This document shows, piece after piece, positions 9,594 through 22,400 of a stretch of DNA of 64,000 nt. Origin of the DNA: Veleropilina oligotropha. Its lineage: Eukaryota. The first letter of the stretch is position 1; each line of letters starts with the position of its first letter. Both the position numbers and the translations under genes were made by a program. The notes beneath the pieces were generated by a model that had not been told where the DNA came from, did no database searches, and saw nothing but the letters and a program-made list of their open reading frames with translations. The DNA is taken from contig JBEUKZ010000073.1 in NCBI GenBank assembly GCA_048128005.1, positions 1 through 64,000 of the forward strand, read 5' to 3'.

Positions 9594-10156
9594 TTTGGTA
9601 TTGATTATTTGAATGTTACCGATTCTGGCAGTGATATTTAATAAAATTGAGTTAATTATTGCAAATAAATTGGTGTTTTTTAACATAGAAATTGTTATTA
9701 GAATTTTCAGTTAAAGTTTTTATTAAGGGTCTTTTCGGCATTTGTATTGATTATATGAATGTTACTGACAGATTCCTCGTGATCGCTCTAGACAGGTCAT
9801 TTCTTATTTTCATATTGTCTTCTAGTCTTACATAGAGAAAACGCCGACATACTACAATTTAGAATCCTAACCTGGAACCAATCAACATACGAGAATTGGT
9901 AAGAAGCAAATATCTCGAAAAATCGTTGGGTAATATGCACGCTATTTTGTCAGGAGGTGCGTTGATATGCTGGAATGCCAAAAATGACGAAAAGTGATTT
10001 CGCGCGAAAACCCAACTTACGAGGTCTTATATACCGACCGACGATATATATATAATATTTGCATTATATATACAAGTCATATGCATTCTTTGTCGTCGTT
10101 TGCTTCAGGAGAACATTTTTCTGATCAACTATAAAGGCGTTTTTAGGTGGGCAGTA

Positions 10157-10338
10157 GCTCAGTTGGATGGGTCTCTGTCCAGGCAACCACCGCCTATCCC
10201 GTGGGCTCCACCTCAGTTGGATGCATCCCGGCCCAGGCAGCCACCGCCTATCCCGTGGGCTCCAGCTCAGTTGGATGCGTCCGGCCCAGGCAACCACCGC
10301 CTATCCTGTGGATTCCACCTCAGTTGGATGCGTCCCGG
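10157..10338. repeat. ~54-bp GC-rich minisatellite, about 3.3 copies
   Basis: Unit CTCAGTTGGATGCATCCCGGCCCAGGCAGCCACCGCCTATCCCGTGGGCTCCA(G/C). Confidence 0.9.
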
Positions 10339-10565
10339 TGTCGCAAACTCTATCGGTCCTCTGACTGAGGCGTACACTTGTCCCTTGTGCGCGGAGGTGG
10401 TTGGGTCATCTCAGTTCGTTAGGCGTTACGAACTGAAAAGCTCCCTGAACTGAAACTAACCCTAACCCTAATTATATTAATGCCACACTCAGTCAGCGGA
10501 TGTTGATCCCATCAGCCTGACATGCGCACAAATGGCAAGTGTACGCCCGAGTCAGGGCACGGTAT

Positions 10566-12849
10566 TGTTCGCTACACCGGCCCAGGAAACTTCAGCCTAT
10601 CCCTTGGCCGTCACACCGCATACTCAACCGCAGCAGGCCTCTACGACGCAGACACAGGTGGCCATAGCATCCCAGGTCGCGTACTCAACCACCACGCCGC
10701 TGCAGACCTCTACCACACAGAGCCAGGTGACCGTCACGCTCCAGGCCGCGTACTCAACCATCGCACCGTTGCAGGCTTCTACGAAGCAGTCCCAGGTGGC
10801 CGTCATGCCCCAGGCCACGTACTCAACCACCACGCCGCAGACCCAGGTGGCCGTCACGCTCCAGGGCACGAACTCAACCATCGCACCGTTGCAGGCTTCA
10901 ACGAAGCAGTCCCAGGTGGTCATCACGGTGAGTTTTGTCTAGTCCATGCATGTGGTCCCTCCGTGCATCTGTCTTGCAGGGAATATCGATGGCTGTGTCT
11001 TCTTGTTGTCAACTAGCTACGTAAATGGTGCGTATCGCATTGTGACTAATGTCTATCACATAATGGCTTATCTGTGCCGCTTTACCAGAAAGTGATCTTC
11101 ACCTGAAAGTGAGACTTTTTGTGATATGGGTCGTTTATTGTATCCCCAGACAATAGTCGGGGATAGTATGGTTTAGTCATCGTTCAGTCGCTGCCACCGC
11201 AGAGATTTCTTGTGTGCGGTCTACCATGAAAAGTTCAAATCCGATTTGATTTAAATTTGGTATGCAGGTTAGTTATGATGAAGACACACTGCCTAACGAT
11301 TTTCGACGTTTCTGGGTCAAAGATTTTCTTTGACAAGATTTCTTGTGCGTACTCTACAGTGAAACGCTTCTGGATCAAAGATGGTCGCCACGGCGCCCAT
11401 TTTGTTTGGAGAGATTTCATGTGCACGCTTTACAGCGAAATATTTTAAACCGATTTGATTCAAATTTGGTATGGGTGTTAGTTATGACGAGGCAACACAG
11501 CCTAACGATTTTCGTCGATTCCGGATTCAAGATGGACGCCTTGGCGGCCATTTTCTTTGACTAGATTTCTTGTGTGCACTCGACATTGAAAATCTAATAT
11601 CCGATTTTATCCAAATTTGATATAGACACCTTTGGTATGATGAGGACACGGCGCCTATTGATTTTTGCTACCGTGGAGGGATACATCCCCTCGACTTGCT
11701 GGGTCAAGAATTCCCTAGTTTTAAGACTACATTTTCAAAATCGAAAAGAATATAGCTGTTATGCAGTTTGTATTATAATATAAGAGACATTTTCTCATTA
11801 AACAATGATGTTGCAGTCAGCATCATTGAGAAATGAAGCATTCTGAAGAAAAAATATGATGTATATTAAATGGAAATTATATTTAATTTTATGGAATATA
11901 TCTTGAGTTTAAACCGGCAAGCAGCATGAGGTGGTATTCCCATCAAAGCAATGTTTTTACATTGTCTCCCCCAATCACTTTTTGGAGATACCATGGTTTA
12001 GCGTCCATCACGTCACCGTCGGATCTGTTGAGAGATTCCTTGTGATTGCTCTAGACAGGTCATTTCTTAAAGGAATACTTTCAAGTTTATGTATATTGGT
12101 TGAGGAGGGGATACGAGACCTAGAGATATATATATTCTATTTGTTTTTCTTTTTTCATCCAGCTGCCTCCTCCAAACATACAGCATACAACACAACTATC
12201 CAGCGACAGGCCCCCAAAGTGCAGGTGTCGGCAGGAGTGCTCGGTTACGCAGGGTCAACGGCCGCCATGACAACAACAACAGCAAACATGTATTCTGGTG
12301 AGTTTTGGGATCTAAGCGCCAGGCCACCTCACATAATTTGTGATTTAGATATTTGTTGTCCTCAGTGTGCACTTTTGTTTGTTTATCCATTTTAAGCTTC
12401 ACAAGCATGAAGAAAGTAGTGTAAAGCACGATTTTTCACTATTAAGTGATGGGATCCCAAATTGCAGTGTCAGCAAATTTTTGATTAGTGAAATTTTGTA
12501 GCTGTAAAATTTTTTATCAATAAATGACCACGTGAACTGCATACAATTATGTTTGAAAGATTTCAAATATTTCTTTTTTATTTCAATCAATGGAAAAATA
12601 CGGTTATAACCCAATATTAATTAACAAAATAAGTAATATGAGAGCAACTAGGAACATTGCGTGAGCACTGGTACGTAACCCTGCTGCTCATTACGTTTTG
12701 ATTATAGCTGAATGTTGTGTCCCTGGCTGTACTCCGCCGCCACCGCGTACTACCAGCAGCCCGCTATGGCATTAGTCATCTGGGGAGGCTTCACGAGGAG
12801 TGCGGCTGGTCTGCTCCCAACCAATCAGACGAACTACGCCGGACCTCAG
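10566..12849 (+). pseudogene. Degenerate exons resembling the A/T/Q/Y-rich N-terminus of zinc finger RNA-binding protein ZFR
   Basis: GC-rich exon-like islands: ~10566-10927 (donor GTGAGT), 12163-12297 (polypyrimidine-AG, donor GTGAGT, 135 nt), ~12727-12849 (donor GTAAAC). Translation ...TTTTANMYS/G...LYSAATAYYQQ...WGGFTRS...AGPQ recalls ZFR. Confidence 0.5.
11135..11720 (+). mobile_element. Helentron-associated non-autonomous element (HINE/DINE-1-like)
   Basis: 5' TGTATCCCC...GGGGATA palindrome, 3' subTIR GGGATACA, 3' hairpin then CTAGTTTT, internal subrepeats; related pieces at ~13200-13390, 54315-54475 and 63594-63752. Confidence 0.7.
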
Positions 12850-13394
12850 GTAAACTTTGGGCCGAGATCAATGCTTTTTAAACCTGTATTATTATACCCA
12901 TAACGAAATTAGGGGGTATATTGGAATCACCCGTCTGCATTTAGTTTCGTTTTTCTTGACGTTGAATATCCTAAGCAAATAACTGAACACTGTTATTGAT
13001 TAATATGAGCACCAAGTCTTTTGAGATGGATAACACATGATCTATGGCTGAACCAATATTAGTAGAGCGGATATGTGAAAAGATGTTCATTTTTGGCAGA
13101 AAGCCTGAAAATTGGTATAACAATTTTAGGGTATGCTGATTTCAAAAAAAGTGGGAAACAAGTTCGACGAGATGTTTTTTCCGCTCAATTCAACGAAATA
13201 CAATATTTGTTTTACAAATTGGTATGCGTGTTCGTTATTATGAGGACACACCGACAAACGATTTTCGTCAGTTTCGGATTCAAGATGGCCACCTTAGCGG
13301 CTATTTTCTTTTGACGAAATTTGTTGTGCGTGCTCTACAGTGAAAAATTCTAATCCGATTTGATTCAAATTTTGAAGCGATTTTCGTTGTTTTC

Positions 13395-13700
13395 AACGAC
13401 CTCCAAGAGGACCTAGACAGACTGGCGTCCTGGGGAAACGTTGGGATATGTCATTCCACCCATCCAAATGCTCCGTCATCCACATGTTCTGTCGTCTTTC
13501 CACCGCCCACCGTAACTATCACACACAAGACTCCGAAATTTGTGATGATATCGAGTGGTGGCCTCACAGCCAGAGTGTAACAGGAAAGGCAAACAGCTCC
13601 CTTGGCTTCGTTCGTAATGACATTAAAGTCCTGTTTGGGACCCAAACACAGTGGAAACAACCAATGCAATCGAAAATGTGCTGCGTCGAGCCGCCGCTGC
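13395..13700 (+). pseudogene. Degraded non-LTR reverse transcriptase fragment
   Basis: LQEDLDRL..W...WDMSFHPSKCSVIH and KANSSLGFVRN. Confidence 0.7.
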
Positions 13701-14469
13701 CAAAAGATGTCTAGTGTTGAAACGATGCAACAAGACACTGGTCGCCTTCCCCCTATACTAGAAGGAAGAGGGTCGGGCTAACTGCATTTTACAAATACCA
13801 TAACGGTTTTGCCACAATCACACCTAAGCATCGCCCATCGCCTTCCAAACTTAGGTGCAGCTGGATAACATATCATGCTAATAGCTATGACATCCCAACA
13901 TCGAGAACCACCTACCAGCAGAAAAGTTTCTTCTTCGGTACTAGCTGCGATGGAACCGTCTACATGATGACGTTGTATTCGAGTCATTCTTGGCTGTCTT
14001 CCAAGCCAGGATGGCATGTACACAGTAGAAAATAACTAAAAGATAGAAAATAGTGTAGCTGTATCACCAACCTGATGGCGTTGGCCACCTAATTCATAGA
14101 AGAAGACGAGGAATTGACTCGCATGACAGATCTATCTAACAGGAGTGGAATTGAATCTTCGATTGTGCACTCTTTGTTCAGTTAACAGTCACTGTTGTCG
14201 GTCCATAATTGGACGTGGGGTTTCCTGGGTAACCGGGATTTATTCCCGAGACAATATGGACAGTCCTGATATGAACCCGAACGGTACTAAAAAGTGAATT
14301 TATGCTTCGACCCAAAGCAAACCTTATTTTGGTCATTGCCATATATATTGGTCGCCATCTTGAATCCTTTGCACTCTTATATATAAAATATATATAGCGC
14401 ATCCCAATTAACGAATCGTTTATATCATATTATGCATGTTATAATATAAAGGCACAGAGTGGGTTTCTT

Positions 14470-15384
14470 CAGCTCAAATTGTGATTATGTTGGATATAGC
14501 ATTATAGACTCCATCTCTAGCTTACACGCACTAAGGGAGATGAATAGAAATGTTATCAAAATATAACCTTTTACCTAATAATGACATTATTTTATGCTGG
14601 ATACCGAGCCATATCAGTATCCAAGGCAATGAGAAGGCTGACCAAGCTGACGCAGCCTCACATTTTAACCACACAATAAATTACCACTCAGATTTTAAAC
14701 AAAGCATTAACTAATATATCAATTCTACTTGGCAGCACTCTTGGAGTGAATGCACAAGGAATAAACTGCAGAATGTCGAACCTCTTCTTGGCGATTGGGT
14801 CCCCTCTTGCAGGCCAACTCGGTGAAAGGTCTTGGCCAGCCTGAGGAGTGGGCATTATCACAACACTCGCTCCTACTTGCTTAGAGGGGAACCTCCACCT
14901 GAGTGTATTCTTTGTGAAACTGCCCTTACAATTTAACATATATTACTGGATTGTGTCGATTTGGATCTCGCATGCCAAAAGTACTTAGGGCAAACTCACT
15001 CCAAGAGTTATTCAATACCATAAAGCTCGAATGTATATTTGAGTTTTTAAAACAAGTAAATATTTTCTACAAGTTATAATTTTATATTTTTATTTCACAA
15101 ATTTTATATCTTATTTTATTATTATACTTGTTTTTTGCATCCTTTTTTTATTACTTCAAAATTTTATTTTATTTGCTGTTTTTATCTAAATTTACATTGT
15201 TGTTTACTCCTCCTTTAAAAATTTGGAGCCTTTTTATCAATATTTATATTATTTATTTTTACCCAATTTTTACCCTGTAAATATACCAATCACTAACAAT
15301 TTAAATTTATTACATCACCAAATATACAGACCCGATTATGACTGAAATAATGTTGGCGTGGTCGTTAAACTTCAATTCAATTCA
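14470..15384 (+). mobile_element. 3' fragment (RNase H region and 3' UTR) of the I-group/Nimb-like LINE family
   Basis: Reverse-complement homologous to ~19160-20100; ends GGTCGTTAAAC(TTCAA)n. Confidence 0.85.
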
Positions 15385-15548
15385 CCTAGCATCAGGGAAA
15401 GAGATCCGGTCGCTTGTTTTGATCCTCTGGATCTCTTTCTCGTGCTTCCCAATTCTCTCACGAAGACTATGAAGAGGTCTCTCGATAGCATGCAGCTAGA
15501 TGTGCTACATGAATTGATAGACTCGTAGTTCCAGATGGAAATGAACTC

Positions 15549-15920
15549 GTGATTAGCGATGATCTACTAAAACTCCTAGGCTTGAACATTTCTGGGTGGC
15601 TACTCCCTGGGACTTATAATGGGGACAGGCCAGTTGGATTTGCTATTGCAACGACCGTACAAGTTCATCTGGATCAGCTAAATACAACTGATAATGTGAA
15701 AGATGGCGCCCCTAGCAATGTTCTCCGGGTGGTTCCTATAACTGCACGTGTTTGGCGCAGCTGCAAACTTTCATAGTTATCCAGAACCCTGGCGACTGCA
15801 GACTGGGCTAATAACTTAATTGAAATTAAACATCACAGAGTCTGAGAGAAAAGTTATAGACAATCACAGTATGCTGATATCCAGTCCTTGAGATACAATG
15901 AGCAGCATTTATGGAGACAG
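15549..15920 (+). pseudogene. Degraded Polinton/adintovirus-like minor capsid (penton)-like gene end
   Basis: VHLDQLNTTDNVKDGAPSNVLRVVPI, then after a frameshift RLQTGLIT*LKLNITE...IDNH; motif recognition from memory only. Confidence 0.45.
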
Positions 15921-16244
15921 AACAGTGGATCAGGCCCAAGGGCCATCGACTCATCTGATGAGCACCATGGCTCAACACTACTTCGTACCAAATTGTGGTG
16001 AAGCGTGTTCAGTGAATTCCTTATTCCAAATATTGGAGGGCGGTTTGGGTCGAACCCAGACTTTTAATGATTCATATAACACCTGTCCAGATGACTGGGG
16101 GCACCCCGAAGTCATGTTCTGTATATAAAGTAGGCCTGGATTCGGATAAGCTAGCATTGACTTTTATCCTCAAAGCCTCATGGGTTATTTGAACATCAGG
16201 TTAGACATCTGATATATGCCTGCAGAAGAGTATAGCAACATATA

Positions 16245-16890
16245 GTGATGAACAAACCTATAATGCTTTCAGCACGGTCGTTGTATCCACAACTAAATGG
16301 CGTACTCATGCCGACAGAATATCTGCAGTCTTTCCATCTACAAAACGTGAATGAGCTTCAGAGACAACTAGAGCAAGAGAGGGATACAAGGGCTTCACTG
16401 TACAAGAAGTACCGAAGAGGCATGAATGTTATTGATGGGATTGATATGGCGTTTGTCGTTGCCAGCCTTGGTATGAGTGGCGCCGGTGTTGGTCGGTTGT
16501 CAACTATAATCGCAGCACCGATAGTGTTAGCCCTTGAATTAGCGGCGCTGGGATTTGGGGTCGCTAGTATAGGCGGTAAGTACATCATTCGCCGACTACA
16601 GGTGAAGGGAACAAAACAATCAGATATGTATTTTAGCAGAAAGCAAGCCTAATACCACTAAAGACGACATTTCAAAGGCCTTAGAAGATGGTGAGGTGTC
16701 TGATGACGAATTCCAACTCATTACTGCGGATATGGAAAAATATCAGACAATGAAAGCAACACTATGTATCAAAGGCTCACTCTGCTATTGTGCCCGACAG
16801 AATATCGGCACAGACACAAAACGAGCTTATCGAACGTGGCCGAAGCGAAGTGCGCGCCGAGCTAATGAAAAAAACCAGGGGTGGTGGTGA
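16245..16890 (+). pseudogene. Frameshifted adintovirus-like membrane protein gene (coiled coil plus hydrophobic hairpin)
   Basis: LYP..., ELQRQLEQERDTRASLYKKYRR, a long Gly/Ala hydrophobic stretch, then in another frame ISKALEDGEVSDDEFQLI...EKYQTMK. Confidence 0.5.
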
Positions 16891-17947
16891 CTGACAATAA
16901 AACTAAACTGCGGCTATGAATATCCTCCACCATATTAAAGAGAGGGAGTATATGTGCATAATCATGAAATTCATAATGTTGTCAGTTGTTGCCATGTCCT
17001 GGCTAGTGGGTGGTTCATATGGATCATCGTCTGATAACACTGCACTGATTCTCGAACATGCATGGGCTAGGTACCAAAACCTGCCACCGTATAACATACG
17101 ACTAGGTCCCTTGCGAAAAAACTTGCTACGGAACCCACCTCCAGTCACCCCCACCCTCGTGCCACTATTATCGTATAGGCACGAATGATTGTGCACTCCC
17201 AGTCTCGAATACCATAATCTGTGTTGAGTGCAGACCCTCATCGTCATGCCAGTCGATTCATGGGGAATATTTCTCCTTGCCGACAGCTGTTTTGGCTATT
17301 GGGCCCGAATCGGACATCAACCTTCATGCAACTGTTCGTTGGTGGTGGGTAATTACATATTTATTTAGCTCAGATATATCCACCTAAGTAAGCCCTGCCA
17401 GTTATGAAAATATATATTTTACACAGCCCTTTTTGAATACCATACAGAGATGTAAAACACGAAGTGATTGCTAATTATCTTATCGGTACGTCAACACAGC
17501 CGTTTGCCTTGATGAATTAAATGGTATTTTTACTATTAGTGTCTTGACAAAAGTTTCATAAATTCACTCAATCCTATATATAACTGCTTCTGTTATATTG
17601 ATTTTGCCTGTGTCGTTGTCGGTATTCATTCATATATCACTCACTTTTATCTGTGTTTAATGGGTCACACAGTCAATAACACTCATTTCGCCGATGACAG
17701 CGAAATTACTGTCCGTGACAATTTTTCTCGTCAAGAATTATTTTTTCGTCCACATGTAAACAAACTGACAGAAATTTCGCCAACTCGGAGAATGTGTTCA
17801 GTAGCAATGTTCCAGAAGGTGGATGACTTGGAAAAAGGAATCCAAATGTTCGGTAATGTTGAAAGGTGAGTATAAATCTGTATAGTCGATGACTTGACAA
17901 AAGGAATCCGAATCCGCCATGCCCAACTCGTGTACGAATAAGAGACT

Positions 17948-18140
17948 TGGTCTACGTGAAGAATTGCCAATTGTTTATGTAGACAAATGCCCGTCTACAT
18001 GAAGAATTGACAACAGTTTATGTAGATGGATCCCCCTGGCATACATGAAGAATTGCCAGTTGTTTATGTAAGAAAAAGAGACTTTGTCTACATGACGATT
18101 GTCAATAATTTATTGTTTATGTAGACAAACACCCGTCGAC
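17948..18140. repeat. Four degenerate ~35-bp palindromic repeats
   Basis: GTCTACATGAAGAATTG(C/A)CAATTGTTTATGTAGAC-like units with short linkers. Confidence 0.75.
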
Positions 18141-18204
18141 CTGCAAACTATGACCGGGAGCCACGGAGAGTCAAATTTGACCCATGGGATTATTCTGAAA
18201 TCCC

Positions 18205-18357
18205 CTAGTGTGTTGCTTCAGCCGAGGCTCAACTACCAGGATCCTCTTTTCCAACATCATGGGTGGTCACCCACGGCAAACAGGTTGCTCCTGTTAGGGG
18301 ATCTTACCTCTGCGGAAGAGAGCAGTCGGCATATTCTAACCCCTAACCGACTGGGGG
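18205..18357 (-). mobile_element. 5'-end fragment of LINE family A, including the 76-nt structured motif
   Basis: Homologous to 34652-34808. Confidence 0.85.
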
Positions 18358-19161
18358 TTCTTAAAAGGTTTAGAGATTGCTACCTTTTGTTACATTCGAC
18401 CAGAAGGCCACCATCTCTCAGGGTCTTGACATTCTTTACAGTACCTGCAATGCTCTCGATGGATTTAGCAATTGTGAAGGGATTCTTTGTGAGAGAGCGT
18501 TCAATATAGAAACAGAATGAGAAATTTAGGCCAATTAGTGTCTGTAGTAGGTAAAGTGTCGTCCACGTCAGACGAGGTGAGCGACAGTTGTCTCGATCTT
18601 TTCTTTGAAGTATGGGGTTTGTTACGTTTTAATATTCGATGCACCTGGCCCCCACCTGCCATGGAGTGCCAACAAGGGCAATGTCCATTATTTGCCTGCT
18701 GGTAACCAGCAGGCAGACACCGTGGATACATGTGCATTATACTCCAGTCAGATTGACATTAGTAGCAGCTAAGAACTAAGTGGTCAATAAAACCAGATTG
18801 ACCCATGAGCAACCACCTTCTATAGTACAGGTCAAAATATTGAAGTGATGTTGTCATGATAATGAGATGATGAATAACTTGCCAAAATGATAGATGTTAA
18901 AATAGTGGCATATAACTGTCGCCTGTAATCTATGGCATGGCGTTACCAGCCGATTGAATGGACCGGGCCCATCCATCTACCACTCTAGAGGATTCATGGG
19001 CCAAAGTGGTGTGTTGGATCAAAGACGGGTAATATCAGCATCTTTGACCCTCAACCACCAGGATCCCACTCTCCCTCGACAGTAGGTCGCAGGTCACGAC
19101 AAATGACCTGGTTGTGCGTTTCGTTCAGGGAACTTCCCCGATCCAGGGCCAACCACGAGGA
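18358..19161 (-). mobile_element. 5' part (5' UTR and ORF1 start) of a second Nimb-like LINE (family B); its extreme 5' end lies at 34814-34843
   Basis: NWPKFLIL...PFTIAKSIESIAGTVKNVKTLRDGGLLVEC parallels family A ORF1; 5' UTR aligns with the family A UTR. Confidence 0.8.
19111..19161 (-). ncRNA. HDV-like ribozyme, 3' half (L3/P3, P1b, P1.1, P4, J4/2, P2b)
   Basis: Joined to 34814-34843 it reads GGGGCUC UAU GUUGUGCG CC UCCUCGU GG UU GGCCCU GG A UCGGGGAAGUUCCCUGA ACGAAA CGCACAAC, a nested double pseudoknot. Confidence 0.8.
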
Positions 19162-19444
19162 TTTGATTTGAATTGGTGTTTAACGACCATGCCGACATTA
19201 TTTCAGTCATTATCGGGTCGGTGTAGGCTAATATAATGTGTAAACATTTAAAACAAAAGTAATCAGTAAAATAAAAGTACTATAAATAGAGAAAAAAAGG
19301 ACCAATTTATTTTCTGTTAAAATAAAAACAAAGCAATGAAATCAATAAAATTTAAAAGCAATGACCAAATGGTTGATAAAAAAACAAGTAAAATAATAAA
19401 AACAAGATATAAAAATTTGTTATAAAACCGATTTGTGAGATAAA

Positions 19445-22400
19445 ATGCTTGTAAAATAAATTTGTTTCTTTTAAAAATAGGAATAAATCTTCAAGCTTAG
19501 AATGATTAAATAACTCTTGGAGTGAGTTTGCCCACAAGTACTTTTGGCATGCAAGATCCAAATCGACACAATCCAGTAATATATGTTTACTTGTTAGGAC
19601 AGTTGCACAAAGAATACACTCAGGTGGAGGCTCCCCTCTAAGCAAGTAGGAGTGAGTGAAGTGAGAAAGCCCAATCCTCGGTCTGGCCAACACGACCTCC
19701 TCTCGCCGAGTTGGACTGCAAGAGGGGCCTCATTCGTCAAGAAGAGGTTGGACATCCTGCAGTTTATTCCTTGTGCATTCATTCCAAGAGTGCTGCCAAG
19801 TAGAGTTTATATATTTATTTATGCTTTGTTTAAAATCAGAGTGGGGTAATTTTAAATTTAGAACATGGTTAAAATGTAAAGCTGACTTGGTAGCTTGATC
19901 AGCCTTCTCATTGCCCAGATACCGACATGGCTCGGTATCCAGCATAAAATAATGTCATTGTTTGGTAAACGATGATTATACTTAATTAAAATATCAGGTA
20001 CCATGACATTTCTATTCATCTTCCTCAATGCTTGTAGGCTAGAGAGGGAGTCTGAATAGATTATAAAATGACTATTGGTACAGTACTTGTAGATATAAAT
20101 TTAATGCCATATCGATTGCTTTTAATTCAGCAGTAAATATGGTCGCACTGCCTGGCAGACGGCTTTGAAACATCGTCTACCAGTAACAGCGCCTGCTCAT
20201 ACCCAATCGGCATCTTTTGAACCATCTGTGTATACGCTTGCACGATCTGAATATTTTAGTTTCAGATCGTGCACTTTTTATAGGTAATCTGTTGTCTGTG
20301 TCTGATTTTTTTAAGTGCTGTACGTTATAGGTATATGACTGGTGTTTGTAGTGTCCATGGTGGTGTGCCCTCAATGGAATTGGTTTCAATTTGGTCTATA
20401 TTGATATCAGTGTGTTCTAAAGCAGGTTTTATGTGGATGCCAAATGGTGCAATTGTGTTAGGTTTGAAATAGATTTTCATAGTTTGGTGTAAATAGTTTC
20501 GAAAGCTGGGTTAGATTTTAATTTGATTGCATATTGTAGTGATAGTGTTTCACATTTGTGTGTAAGTGATGATTCATTTGCTTCGACATATAGGCTTTCC
20601 GCGGGTGATGTACGGAAAGCCCCTAGTGAAAGTCGAAGGCTTTGATTATGGATTGAATCAAACATGTTGAGGTAAGAATGGCAAGCAGAGCCGTACATAA
20701 TGCTCCCATAGTCAAGTTTTGATCTAATTAAGGATCTGTATAATTGTAATAAAACTTTTTTGTCAGCACCCCATTCAGTATTAGAAACTACTTTCATTAA
20801 ATTTAAAGCTTTGTGACATTTAGCTTTGATGTATTTTACGAGGTATGAAAGTCAGTTTTCGGTCAAATATAAGGCATAAAATTTAAATTGTTCCACCAAT
20901 GGGATTTCGAAATCATCCAATTTTGCCACTGGGTTATCATGAATTTCACGACGCTGGCAGAAGTGCATGCATTTAATTTTGTTCTTTGAGAATTTAATCC
21001 ATTCTCATCGGACCAAACCTGTAATTTATTTACCATGTTGTAGCTGGCATTCTCTACTGTTCATATTTGTTGAACGATAGCAAATGCCAAAATCGTCAAC
21101 AAATAATGAAGTCAGTGCCAGTACTAATACATTTGACAATACTGTTGATCTTAATACTGAACAGGGTGACTGATATAATACTTCCTTGAGTGACACCCAT
21201 CTCCTGGTCGTGGATATCGGAGAGGGTGTCACCCATCTTGACTTTAAAATATCTATCCTCAAGGAATTTTGAATTTTTTTTGGGCCAGTGGCCCTTTATA
21301 CCAAAATCAAACAAATCCTTCATAATCCCGTACTTCCAAGTAGTGTCGTAGGCCTTCTCTAGATCGAAAACAAACATCAACTAAATGTTGTCTGTTTAGG
21401 AAGGTCTCACGAACAAATTTCCAGATGTACCAGGTGATCTGTGGTGCTCCGGAACCAACTTTGATATTCTGTAAGTAAATTATTTGATTCCAAGTACCAA
21501 ACTAATCTCTCGTTGATCATACGTTCCATGGTTTTACACATACAACTCGTCAGGGCAATGGGTCGATAACTGTTAGGATGTGATAAATCTTTTGCTGCCT
21601 TTGTAATTGGGATAATTGTAGCTTCCCTCCATGAGGGAGGGAAGATTCCTGTTTCCCAGATAGTGCTGAATATTGCAAGTAATGTTTTAAGTGATGATTC
21701 AGGCAAGTGTTTAAGTAATTGATAGTGAATGTCATCAGGACCAGCTGATGTGTCGTGTGCCTTGTTAAGTGAGTCTGTGAGTTCCTTGTGTGAAAATTGT
21801 TGGTTGTACGACTCTTTATTGCTTGATCTAAAATTCAACCTTGTTTTTTCTTTTTGATGTTTAAAACGGCTGAATTTTGGAGTGCAGTTGTCGGATGATG
21901 AATTGGCAGAAAAGGTTTCTGCCAATGCGGTTGCAATGTCTTTAGCTGTGGTTGCTTCTGATGTGTTTGTATTAAGGTGATTGATGCAGTTTGGTGTATG
22001 CTTTCTGCTGATTTTACGGATCATATTCCATGTTTTTTTAATAGTGGAACGAGAGTTTAGTTTGGTAACATAGGAACGCCAGGATTCCCTTTTGCTTTGC
22101 TTGATGGTACGTCTTTCTTTTGCTCTTAATAGTCTAAAGCTATTAAGATTTTGTAGTATTGGGTGCTGTTTAAATTGCATGTATGCGTGCTTTGATTGCT
22201 TGTCTGCAGTCTTCATTAAACCAAGGTTTGCGTTGGTGTTTTGCATTTGGACAGGTCTTTGCAATTGAGAGTGTTGCAATGTCATGTAGTGTTGTAGAGA
22301 AACTTGGTATTGGGTCATCGCCATTAGTGGTGGTCTTAATGTAATTGCTCTTCGCAAAGAGATTGGAATTTGTGCCAATCTGCTTTGCGAAGTTTCACCT

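Noticed and set aside
10455..10472. Interstitial telomere (CCCTAA)
   Set aside because: Only about two to three units.
16903..17970. Short ORFs and a GTGAG donor-like site at ~17866
   Set aside because: No recognisable motif or exon chain.
17948..18140. Palindromic ~35-bp repeats resembling a CRISPR array
   Set aside because: Spacers are far too short and partly repeated, the repeats are degenerate, there are no cas genes, and the context is eukaryotic.
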